DNA from: Eledone cirrhosa
Lineage: Eukaryota
Direction: 5' to 3'
Length of the DNA: 64,000 nucleotides
Assembly: GCA_964016885.1 (NCBI GenBank)
Contig: OZ024742.1
Location: 87,854,001 to 87,918,000, forward strand
A program made the position numbers and the translations under genes. The notes under the pieces are model-generated. The model made no database searches and was not told where the DNA came from. It saw nothing but the letters and a program-made list of their open reading frames with translations. Shown here one piece after another: positions 12,796 through 23,975 of the stretch (position 1 is its first letter; each line of letters begins with the position of its first letter).

Positions 12796-12796
<1 letters not shown>
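11944..12796 (+). mobile_element. 5'-truncated R4/Dong-clade non-LTR retrotransposon (restriction-like endonuclease) in (TAA)n
   Basis: ORF 11962-12711 plus short 3' UTR; (TAA)n on both sides, the known Dong-type target. Confidence 0.9.
11962..12711 (+). CDS. C-terminal CCHC zinc knuckle and PD-(D/E)xK endonuclease of an R4/Dong-type LINE (open fragment)
   Basis: AAQEQAL, CRICGEREETVAHIVSEC, RHD, LWDF, RPDLVV..IVDVACP, K..RY..L, PIVIGALG. Confidence 0.92.
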   Translation: MYLRTFFEKTEFRDPQTWNWLRRGDLKKATEGMLMAAQEQALKTKWLKHHIYKEEASPLCRICGEREETVAHIVSECKHLAQTHYKGWRHDVMGRVIHWHLCKVNNLPHSEKWYEHRPETVMENNQVKVLWDFRIQTDKKLEHNRPDLVVVDKEKRSCLIVDVACPFDTRVQEKEREKINRYQDLKWEVKRIWNCHEVKVIPIVIGALGTISKSFQGWLKKIGPFTLFGTLQKACLLGTARNLRYVLNI

Positions 12797-12832
<36 letters not shown>

Positions 12833-13080
12833 TTTCTTTATTAACCACAAGGGTTTACATAAAGTAGACATTAAGGACAGTGCAGGACAAAACAGGACGC
12901 TACAAATGGGCATTTCTGCGTGTAAAAAACAAAAACAGAGGATGTAACAAAAAATAACAATGAAAAATTCCCCAATAGAGGGGAGACTTCGGAGGGACAT
13001 TTGTGGAGAAAGCCCAGTAAAAGGCCACAGTGACCCTGACCAACAAGGCAAGTGCCCTCTACCAGTTTTCCACCTTTAAG

Positions 13081-16000
13081 TTACAGATACGTACTCAGAG
13101 TAGGCCCATTCACTCGGGCCATTCTTGCTTCTCTCACCCATCTTTCAACAAAATGCTGGGAAGAGAGCACTTCCCTCTCTACTCTGATTTTCCTTTTCAA
13201 ATGAAATTTGAAAAAGTCAATCAGGGCATCACCGAAGCGGTAAGTGCTCGTCTTCAGCCCTTTCAAACGTGTCCACCATACTATCTCTTTCGCCATGGCC
13301 ACCAGACAGATAAAAACTGCCTGACCTTCCCGGCTAAAGGAAGAGGGCGAGGCAATCCTCACGATGGACTCAGATGCTAGCCGGATCCGTCCTATACGCG
13401 ACAGCAGGTGTTCGACATAAACCCACAAGTCAGCAATTTTCGGACACTGGACGAGTGCGTGCAGGACGGTTACGTCGCCCTGCGCGAATCTCGAACATGC
13501 CCGACTGACGGCACCTCCAAGCTTGTAGAGTTTATCCCGAACTGGCAAGGCTCCTCGGTAGCACTGCCAGGCCAGAGATTTCTGGAAATTGTCCATAGGT
13601 CCCTGCCCGAAAATCCTTCCGAAGACATTGGCTAGTTGATTTTCGTCGACGCCTAGAGTTTCTCTAAGTACGTCGTCGCTCTTCCCCTCCACTAATTCTC
13701 TATAGAACGCCGAGGTGGAGTTTCCACCGATCACATTGCCCGATTGGTCGAGGGCTGTGAGCGTCTGAAGACATTCCTGTCTCCAGGCGCTCCCTCTCGG
13801 TCTTCGCTTGACCCAGGACTGCAGCTCCGTCAAGGAAACGAGCTAGGGAAATACGTGTCTAGCAAGCGGCGACCACACCTGACCACCGTCGAGGACGAGG
13901 TGGAGATGTCGTAGCCTGAGCGCGTGTCTGCGCATCATCAGCCACGGCATTTCCAGCCCTCCACGTAGCGGGTGTTGATAGCAGATGGACCGCCTGATCA
14001 TCGTAGCGCGTCCCTTCCACAAAAAGCGAAAGAGCAAACGCTCCAGCGCAGTCAGGCGGGGCTTAGTACAAGGTACGACGGTCAGGCGGTAGCAGATGAC
14101 AGACGCGATGTACGCGTTAGCCACCTCCACTCGACCTTTCAGGGATAGCTTCCTCTTCGCCCATTTCTGGGTGAGTGAAGCCACCCTGATCGTCACCTCG
14201 TCCCGGTTTTTGTCTGTCTGGAGGTCCGGACCCAACCAGACCCCTAGCAATTTAACCGGTCCGTCCGTCCAGCGTCCGACGACGCTTTTGGACGGCATGG
14301 ACCTGCCTATCTAGGAGCCGAGCTGCAGAAAATTAGACTTTTCCTGGTTGATCATTGCTCCTGTCACCGCTTCGTATTCTCTTAGTGTAGTGCCGATCGC
14401 CTCGATGTGTTTGGCGTTCGACACCACTACGGTGACATCGTCCGCTTATGCTGACACGGATCTTTCGCATCCTAGTTCGCGCGGGACGCCCCTCAACGTC
14501 TCCAGTTTGTGCAGTAATGGCTCGAGAGTCAATACGTAATGAGGGACGAGAGGGGACATCCTTGGCGGACCGAGCGCATGATGTTGAACGGTTCCGAAAG
14601 GTGACCGTTCACTCTCACCTCAGAGTAGATGTCGCTGTGCATGGCAGCGATCCAGCCTCTGAAGACGGGCCCAAAGCCAGCCGCCCCAGGACTGCCGCTA
14701 GGTAACGATGGTCGTCTCTATCGAAAGCTTTCGACTGATCTAAATTGATCAAGGACCCACCCGCGCCAGGTTCCCTAGCTACCCTCTCTACGATGTATCG
14801 CATGAGGTGGAGGTTGTCGTGGATGGATCTGTCGGCAATAGCGCTTGCCTGCGCCTCTCCCACCAGACCACCAACGACAAGCGCCAACCTCTTTGCTAGC
14901 ACCTTGGCAAAAATCTTGAACTCTGTATTTAGCAGAGTTATGGGCCTGAAATTATCTATGTTATCCCCCTTGTTCGGATCCTTTCTCAGCAGCGCCACAG
15001 CTCCTCGGCTCACACAGCTGGGAATTCTCCCGTTCTGTTGCCAGTTGCAGTAGACATCCGCCAAGAGGCCTCCGAACAAGTCTGGCATCTGCACGTAAAG
15101 TTCATAGGGCAGACCATCGAAACCAGGCGATTTACCCCTTGTGCAGCCAGTCATTGCCTCCCGTACTTTAGCGGCTGTTATCGGCTTTTCGCAACACTCC
15201 GCCTCAGTGGCCGAGCGCCACGGCAGTGCGTCGAGGTAGACACTAAAGTCCATTCCTCAAACTGGCCCGCCACTGCCCCCGAACATATGTGCGAAGTGTC
15301 GCTGAAAAGCTTCACACATTTTCCCGGGATCGACTAGCATGCGCCCGTCATGGTCCACCAAAGACCGGATCGTGGCTTTGTTACCACGACGCGCCTCCGC
15401 CACTCGGGCCCATTGAACGGCTTTTGTCCCCTCGTGTCTGAGAGCACGCACCCTAGCTCTGACAACGCAACCTTCGTGCTTTGCATTGAAGAATTGGTCA
15501 AGGGCCAATTTCGCCGCAAGCACGTCGGTCGCAATGCCTTTGCTAAGCGCCTCGTCTAATTTTATAACTAGTTCTCCCTCTGCTCTATTTTTCTCTATTG
15601 CTAAAGCCTTACTATACCTGATGGATTCTATTCTAATCGTTCTTTTCAGAGCAAACCACCACTTGTTGTTGACGATGGCCCCCGTCAACGCCCGCTTAAC
15701 TAGTTCGCTAATCCGGTACATGTAGGTCTTGCGCGCTGGTAAGGACGGGTTTAGCTACCATCAGCCGTGTCCTCATCTATGAAGTCTATCTAAGTCAAGC
15801 ACAAATATCACGAATTTGTGGTACGTGTAGCTGACTATCTTGAATTGTGGACAGCCTATGCTAGACCTATCTATTTCCCTACAAAATACTCTATCTAGAT
15901 ATGATCTGGATGACCCTATGCGATTTGTCCAAGTCCACATTGGCATATTCGGGAAATCCAATCGGTACCTGTCAGACAGTGCAAATGGCTTGAGCAGGTT

Positions 16001-16505
16001 GGTGAGGCTCTTGCACCCTGCTCCCCTATCCGCCAATCCCACACAGTCCCAGCGTGCATCTAAGATCCCGTTCCAGTCGCCCACTAACACTAAAGAGCGG
16101 GGCGTTCCAAGAAAGGTCTCCAGACGCTGGAAGAAATCAGTCCGCCCTGCTCCTATCGGGGCATAGACGGCCACTAGCCTGAAAGCTTGCCCGTATTCGC
16201 TGGTCACGTCCAGCACCACCAACTTACCTTCCTGGTCCAGGAAGATCGCCCGTATGGCGAGATCTAAACCTCTCCGAAAAGGGACAGCAAATTCTACCCC
16301 CGATCCATGACGGCTGGGAGATTCGTACACATCGTAGCCGCCGAAGATCGGTGCGAAGGCCCGTGCTTCGGAGATTCTGGTCTCCCTGGTGGCCACTACA
16401 TCTATGTTTAGTGACTTGAGGTCGTTGAGGAGGTGGCCCAGCTTCCATGACGACCCCAAGCCACGCGCCTTTAAGCTGCTCATTCTGAGTGAGGTCATGT
16501 TGAAT
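13081..16505 (-). pseudogene. Tx1/L1 ORF2 (APE endonuclease, reverse transcriptase, C-terminal Zn motif), broken by several stops and frameshifts
   Basis: VYAP, GDWN, SYLDRVF; KSPGFDGLPYE, FRPITLLNTEFKIFAK, LDQSKAFDR, YADD (about 14440), KLLGVWLG, RGGLEMP, HALVQCP. Confidence 0.93.
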
Positions 16506-16580
16506 TGGAGTGGAAAAGATGGGAAAGACCACTTACCTTACTTCTCGTAGAGGAAGGATGGTTTCTGCATCCTTTTCACT

Positions 16581-18589
16581 TCATGTGGCCTCCTCTGGAA
16601 GGATGTCATTATAAATCCTCATGGAGAGTGCTTGTCGGAAGTCTCCGATTCTTTGAGGAATTTTTGTTTTAGTGTCGTGTGCGTTTTCTGTGTGATGCGA
16701 GTGATATGTATGTGTGGAGGTGGTGTGAACTGTTTGGGTGTTGTGTAGTTTTTTACTGTGATGCTGGTGTTGTGTTGGATGTAGTGTAATAGTTGGTTGT
16801 TGTTCAAATTTAATTGTTTCTAATTTAGGCACAAGGCCAGCAAAATAACCAGTGCATTACTGGTACTTTATTTTATCGACCCCGTAAGGATTGATAAAAT
16901 AAAGTACCAGTAATGCACTTGGTGATTGCTGGCCTTGTGCCTAAAGTAGAAACAATGCTCTGTAGTGTGTATCGTTTTGGTTATTTTGTTTTCTTTGTGT
17001 TTGTTGTTGGTTTGTTTCTGTTTCGCTTTTTGGTGACTCTTGTGGTGTTTGTGATGGTGGTGTTGGGGTTAATGATGGTGATGGTGTTGGTGTTTGTGGT
17101 GATGGGGTTGGTGATACTGGTGTGGATGATGGCATATCTGTCCTAACTTTTTTGTTTGATAGTTTATTTGTTTCCTTCTGTATTTTGTTTTTGGAGGGGG
17201 AAGGAAGATGATTTTTTTCTTTTTTGGTTTCTTTTCCCTTTTTTTCTTTTTTCCTGATACCGTTTCCCACTCCTCGTCGTCACAATTTGTCTCCAGTTGC
17301 GGTAGGTCGGGGAGTGGAAAATCGTCCACTGGCGTTGGTTTTGCTTGTTCCGTTGTGGATGGTGTAGGCGCTGGTGCTAGTTCTCGCGCGTTGGGTGGTG
17401 GTGGTTGTGGTTTTGCTACTGTTTCTGGGGTTGTTGCTGTTACAGTTGCTTCTGTTGTTACTGCTACAGTTGTTGCTGCCATTTCTGCTGTTGGTGGTGT
17501 TGCTGATTGAGTCACTGCGGTGGGTAAGAGAGGTGGCCTCAACCTTTTAGCCTGAGGGCAGAAAGCCCTTATGTGGGTTCCATCACCACAAACGACACAC
17601 CTATGCCTTCTGCCCTCGAAGATTACGGTGAGGTGGCTGCCGTAGGTAAGATCTATTACCTCTGGGATCTCCTCAATGCTTTTTTGGTCCGCTTGGATCA
17701 GGAGCTCCATCCCAGATCCGGACCAGTTCTCCTGCTTTTCTTTCGCTATTTCGATTATGTTGGTGTGAGCCTCGATGCCGGCAAGGACGGCAGCCATTAG
17801 CCAGAGAATTTAGATGGCCGGTGGAACGTGGGTCACCCTGATCTTCACGAGTCTCTGGCCACAATAGCTTGGGACGAGTGTGAAGTCGTCACTTCTTAAT
17901 GGGGCCATGGAGTGTTCTCTAGCCTCCTGTGGTATTTCAAAGAACACGTCCACGGTTCCATACTTCTGCCCACGTCTGATGTGGTTTCTATTTGCCCACA
18001 CATGTCCCGAAGCTTTTGGGATTTGTGACTCGGATGCCCATTCCACTCGGCGCAATTTTATATTAATCGTTCGATAAGACACAGTGCATAGGCGCCGATA
18101 TCTCCATTGTATTTGGTGGAGCGGTGTGGTGGGGTAGGCTGACCCTGTACCCATGTTTCTTTACCATTCTCTTGGCTTCGTCTAATTCCTCCTTTTTGGC
18201 TGCCTTCGCAAAGACACGATGTTGTTCTCATTGTTGTTGTTGCTGTTGTTATTGTATTTTTTTGTTATTGTCATTTTTAGTTTCAGTTGTGGTGGTGGGG
18301 CGTCACTGGTGTTCGGTGTGGAAGAGTCAATTCTGGGTGAATCCATTTCGATGTCACGTGATAATCTATTTTTTCTTTTGTTTCTGTTGTCGCTCTGGTG
18401 GTGGTGGCGGTGGCGGCTTCAACACCTGCAGTCGTTTGTAATGGCGGGAAATGAATGTCTGCATGAGACAAATTTAAATTATTGCTACTGCTTATATTTT
18501 TAGTGTTGGCAAACGTAGTAATATTTACAATGGTGGTGTCCAAGGTGAGGTGTTAGTTTGTGAGGAAGGTTTGACTGTGAGTCGTCCAT
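16581..18589 (-). pseudogene. Tx1/L1 ORF1 (gag-like, CCHC knuckle, P/T/K-rich C-terminus), disrupted
   Basis: CVVCGDGTHIRAFCP in 17069-17797; WETVSGKKKK; upstream in-frame fragment 17810-18154; start and end approximate. Confidence 0.75.
16813..16956. mobile_element. Palindromic pair of SINE 3' fragments inserted in Tx1 ORF1
   Basis: Arms 16813-16879 and 16891-16956 match the SINE at 6345-6520. Confidence 0.85.
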
Positions 18590-21354
18590 GATATTTTCAA
18601 ATACATTTTTGTTTGATAATTATAAAAGTTAAAATTTTGGGCTCACGGCCCCAATCTTTTTGAGTGTCCTTTTCCGAAAGCAAATGTGTACCTTATAAAC
18701 AGTTAACAACAAAAATTTTCCATAAATACCAATTTTAAACAGACGAAAACAACAATCATTTGCGGAGCTCACGATGATACGTTTTCCTACGTAGGTCACC
18801 AATAATAATAATAATAATAATATAAAACGTGTAGATTGGTTTCCAGTAATTTCTATCTCGTTATCTATAATTTTTACAACATATCCGTTTGGAGCATAGT
18901 AAAGAAGTACGTTTTATACCACAACCCAGCCTAAAACTATGAAAACAATGTAATTATTCTATCGACAGATTAATATATGAAAACGTCAATTAAATGAGCC
19001 AGTATCTTCTGCAGGACTACAAAATCCACACCTAAGCTGGCAAAGTTCTGTTTCAAATTACGTTAGAATCCGCTGGTCATGAATTAATAATATATACATA
19101 AACAACAAGATCCAGGCGAAGAGATCCTCATCAACCAGTAGTCCAATGAAGTATATCCAAAAATCCGTCCTATATGTATATGTGTGTATCGTTTAATACG
19201 CCAGTTGGGTGATGTACAAATATTACTATATTTGTTTATGTTCATTCACTTCAAATGTATTCCTCGTACCTCAAAGGATTTGTGAATACATATTATCCCT
19301 CACCAACCTTATTGCTATATTTTCGGCAACACAATTATATCTGGAAATATGATAATTTCATTATGTTTTAATGTAGAAACAGTTATTTTTAAAATTGAGA
19401 GACATGTAGCATATATACTATGAATAATGCCATTACATTTCTTAAGATTGGAATAATAAAACATGCAAATTATTTCCACGAAGAGAATGTATTTTTGATG
19501 GGTCTATACAATAATCTGGATATTTTGGAAATATTAGCATCCTTGAGAAGAATATGTATCAATAAATATGTTTAACGCATTTTTGTCGGATACGTTTACA
19601 ATATGGATTATTTCTATTCATTCTTTAGAGTATACCTTAGCAACATCATATGAGAATGCCTGATCTCAAATATTGATGTTTTGTTACATATTCTTGTTTC
19701 TCGCGGTGGGTTTCTTATATTTTTGGCATGTCAAATGTCATGTTTTTGCTAATTATATTTTCTTTCATTTCATTTTGTAATATATATGTTATTCAATAAA
19801 AGAAAACCCACAAATAACCTATATCTATACTCAGTGCGCGAAATCTAAAATGGTATGCACGCAGTGATATTTATTCATACAATATACAAGTCTGGAATGT
19901 AGGGACATTTCTATTTTCTCATCTGTATCTTTCTATATAAATTTATTTTATGCCATACTAAAGTATTTCCAACCATTTTTCTTAACTTTACAGAAGTTGT
20001 TGTTATAGCTATCAATATTCTATAATGCATTTCAATATAATCAATCCCCGCAGGAATTTTATATCCAGGCCGAAAATGATAAAATATTTTTCTTTCCAAA
20101 ACTGCATAATTCAGAAGTTTCTTTCATTTTGTTTCTATATCTTAATGATATATTAGATTTTCTAGGAACACACGCCTACACAGACAAACACACACGCACA
20201 TGCATATAATATATATGTATATATATATATGAATATACCATAGGATCTTATAATTATATTGCTTATTCTTCAATTACAATATACTAACCTCCAGATATAT
20301 TCAAAGCCTCTGTTAGATTTTCTTTCTATTCCCCATTTATATGTGTGTGCGCTGGCAAGGAAATGCCAACAAATCCGATATGTATTTATTTACAGAGATA
20401 AACAGAGGTAGAGACTTCAGTGAGATGGATACACACACATACGTATATATTAAACAGAGATGTTTAATAAACAGCTGAGGCGTTCTATAAAATATATATG
20501 TATATATATAGAGAGAGTGTGCAGTAGGGAGACATCTATCTGATGGGCTTATATTCCTATACGCGCTCAGTAGTATTATGAAACAGGCTTAATCATTTGC
20601 ATGTAATTAATTCTCGTAACTGTAGTTAATTAGCATATATAATAAGAAGTTCGTTAAACAGCAGAGTTACAAGGCAAAGCTATATCTCTATATATGCAAC
20701 ATTGATAAACGAATCTGCATTTTCCTTCTTATATATGTATATATTTGCAATAGATATCAGTCCTGTCGTAAAAATTCTATTTTTCCGTGTGTCTATCCAA
20801 CATGTCATTATTTCAGACATAGACATATATTGTATTTGGCATTTCTTGATAAGTACGATAAGAACATTCACTTTACAGTTGTGCGTTGTCATATATTACA
20901 TGATTAAAATTGTCCAGGTTGGTTAGTTAATGTTTAAATCTTACATTTCTCATTCCGCATTTAACTATATCCGTTTATTTCCCATAGGTTGAGCAAATGT
21001 GTCGCTAGTGCGATTTGATCAGGATCTAGAACGTGATCACCTGCATATTAATTAATGTTAATATCAGCCAAGGAATCTTAATCTTCATTCTAAGAGTCAT
21101 TCTTCCTAGATCTATGTTTTAGTGTTTTCCTTTTCATTTTCCGTATGCATCCATTGTTTACATCGTGTTATGATATATATATATATATATATTGTTATAC
21201 TTTGGGAGGGTCATGTTGCCAATAAGAAACACACGCACCAGTTGCTTTCACTTCAATTAATTATATATTTATAAATTTATAAATTTACAAATCTACAAAC
21301 TTATAAATTTCTGGTTGGTTGGTTGGTTCCACAACCAGATAGTTGTTTATATAT

Positions 21355-21399
21355 AGTCATAGTCATTTCGTCACACACTTTGTGACCTCTTCAGTGACT
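21355..21399 (-). ncRNA. Minimal hammerhead (inverted copy)
   Basis: Reverse complement of 23931-23975. Confidence 0.75.
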
Positions 21400-21603
21400 G
21401 GGGATTCCTTTCTTTATTTCTGTGCCTTTCCTTTCTTCTGTCCTACGCCATTTTGTTTCTGTGTGTGTGTTGTGTGCTCAGTTTGCGCATGCGCCACATC
21501 CGGGTGTCTGTGTGTGTTTGTGTTCATTTATCTATTTGTTTATTTATTTACATGTTGTTGGTTGGTTGTTTGTTCTATGTGTGTGTGTGTTTTCATTTTG
21601 TCC

Positions 21604-22137
21604 TTAATTGTAAGTTGTGATGTTGCTATTCCACTCATGTTTTCTATTTAATTTTGGTTGTAATTCTTTTATGCTTACTGCCTCTGTAATTTGCCTAAAC
21701 CTTGCATCTTTTCTGTGTGTGGATTCTATTTTTATTTCTATGTTCTCTAATTTACCCTTGTGTTCTATCTTAGCATGTTGGTAGAGTACAGATGATTCTT
21801 TATTATCTTGAAGGTCTCGCCAGTGTTCATTTATCCGTTCCCCTATACTACGAGCTGTCTCACCTATGTACACTATATTTTTGTTTCTACATTGTCCTTC
21901 AGTACATCTTATGCTATACACTACATTTCTAGTTTTACAGTTTATATGGGGGCTTATTTTACAGGTTATACATTTCTTATCTATACATGAGGGTCTTTGG
22001 AACGGGTATGTCTTGCTAATAAGTGTTTTTACGGAGGTACCTGGTCTTTCTACTATCTTAATATTGAGTTTATGTTTATTTAGGGCCCTTCTAAATGTGT
22101 AGGCTAGTTCGCCTCTAGGGGTTGTATTGATGAACAT
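21604..22137 (-). CDS. Open GIY-YIG endonuclease fragment in the inverted arm
   Basis: VVYSIRC...CRNKNIVYIGETARSIGERINEH...LYQHAKIEH...ITEAVSIKELQPKLN. Confidence 0.88.
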   Translation of the reverse strand: MFINTTPRGELAYTFRRALNKHKLNIKIVERPGTSVKTLISKTYPFQRPSCIDKKCITCKISPHINCKTRNVVYSIRCTEGQCRNKNIVYIGETARSIGERINEHWRDLQDNKESSVLYQHAKIEHKGKLENIEIKIESTHRKDARFRQITEAVSIKELQPKLNRKHEWNSNITTYN

Positions 22138-22219
22138 TACACTCTGGTATGTATTGCTATCATACCATGAGTTTATTCTATTGGCCTTGTTCCTAGTTCT
22201 TTCTATTCTATTGCAAAAT

Positions 22220-23726
22220 AGTAATAGTTACCTAGACACTTATGACCTTAGCAACCTGTGTCCTACAAGACCTGCAAGAGGCAGACCACCTACCATTACC
22301 TCTATGGCCAAGAAAACCCACACAGATAGATGGAACGAGTGGACCAGAGCCATACGGACACCCGAAAACCACGATGAACTGAATAAAATGATTGCACATG
22401 CGGTAGCGGCCGGCATAAAATTAACCCTTAAGGAATATATGTTCAAATTTAATTGAAAAACATATGCCCAAGAGGAAGGAGCAGCCATTGGTGTTAGCAT
22501 TGCAGGCGACATAGCTAACTTATTCATGGTATGGTGGGACAGTAGACTTAAACTTAAACTTAAAGAACAATTAAAAGACAGCTTAACCCTGATAATGTAC
22601 TCCCGCTATGTAGATGATATAAACATCGTAGTTAAGACACCTCCACTAGAGAACAGTCAGGAACTAGAGAAAAACACAATGGAAAGCATCCAGCAAATAG
22701 CAAACTCCATCCACCAGAGCATTAGAGTTACTATAGACTACCAAAGTAGACACCCCAACCATCGATCACCTGTACTAGACACAGAGCTCTGGTTAGATAC
22801 CACTAATAACAAAAAACAAATCCTCCATTCCCATTATGCCAAACCGATCATTTCCAAACATCTGATCCACCGAAACTCAGCTGTTTTGGACCATACCAAA
22901 ATCAACATACTGATTGCGGATTTGGTACGGGTGATGAGAAACGTGGCCCGCATGTGCAACCCCGAAGAACTAGAGAGACACATACAACACTTCATCCACC
23001 GTATGCAGTTCTCTGGTTATAATCAGAGAGATAAAATTAGAGTGTATAGAGGAGCCAGAACCAAATGGGAAAAAATGGTAAATAATGACACAAATGGACC
23101 TGACCCTTGTATAGGAGCAAATTTGGGAAAAGAATAGAAATAACTAGGAATAAGGGTAATAGAATAAACTCATGGTATGAGAGCAATAAATACCAGAGTG
23201 TAATGTTCATCGATACAACCCCTAGAGGTGAATTAGCTTACAAATTTAGAAGGGCCCTAGATAAACATAAACTCAATATTAAGATAGTAGTACCTCCGTA
23301 AAAACACTTATTAGCAAGACATACCCTTTTCAAAGACCCCCGTGTATAGATAAGAAATGTATAACCTGTAAAATAAGCCCCAATATTAACTGTAAAACTA
23401 GAAATGTAGTGTATAGCATAAGATGTACTGAAGGACAATGTAGAAACAAAAATATAGTGTACATAGGTGAGACAGCTCGTAGCGTAGGGGAACGGATAAA
23501 TGAACAGTGGCGAGACCTTCAAGATAATAAAGAATCATCTGTACTCTACCAACATGCTAAGATAGAACACAAGGGTAAATTAGAGAACATAGAAATAAAA
23601 ATACAATCCACACACAGAAAAGATGCAATGTTTAGGCAAATTACAGAGGCAGTAAGCATAAAAGAATTACAACCAAAATTAAATAGAAAATATGAGTGGA
23701 ACAGCAACATCACAACTTACAATTAA
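22220..23726 (+). pseudogene. PLE RT, thumb and GIY-YIG with stop and frameshifts
   Basis: ORF pieces 22127-22456, 22526-23137, 23107-23301, 23409-23726. Confidence 0.9.
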
Positions 23727-23930
23727 GGACAAAATGAAAACACACACACACATAGAACAAACAACCAACCAACAACATGTAAATAAATAAACAAATAGAT
23801 AAATGAACACAAACACACACAGACACCCGGATGTGGCGCATGCGCAAACTGAGCACACAACACACACTCAGAAACAAAATGGCGTAGGACAGAAGAAAGG
23901 AAAGGCACAGAAATAAAGAAAGGAATCCCC

Positions 23931-23975
23931 AGTCACTGAAGAGGTCACAAAGTGTGTGACGAAATGACTATGACT
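23931..23975 (+). ncRNA. Minimal hammerhead with extra nucleotide after A9
   Basis: agtca CTGAAGA g gtcaca-aagtg-tgtgac GAAA tgac TA tgact. Confidence 0.75.

Larger units (their letters stand above)
12831..18800 (-). mobile_element. Apparently full-length (about 6 kb), inactivated Tx1/L1-clade LINE inserted in (TAA)n
   Basis: ORF1 with CCHC knuckle, ORF2 APE-RT-Zn, AATAAA at 12842-12837, (AAT)n at 12796-12830 and 18801-18822. Confidence 0.9.

Noticed and set aside
13030-18503. Plus-strand ORFs overlapping the Tx1-like element
   Set aside because: Antisense shadows of a GC-richer coding sequence with no independent motifs
19911-20099. 62-aa minus-strand ORF after an AG acceptor-like site
   Set aside because: No recognisable homology or donor partner; within chance expectation
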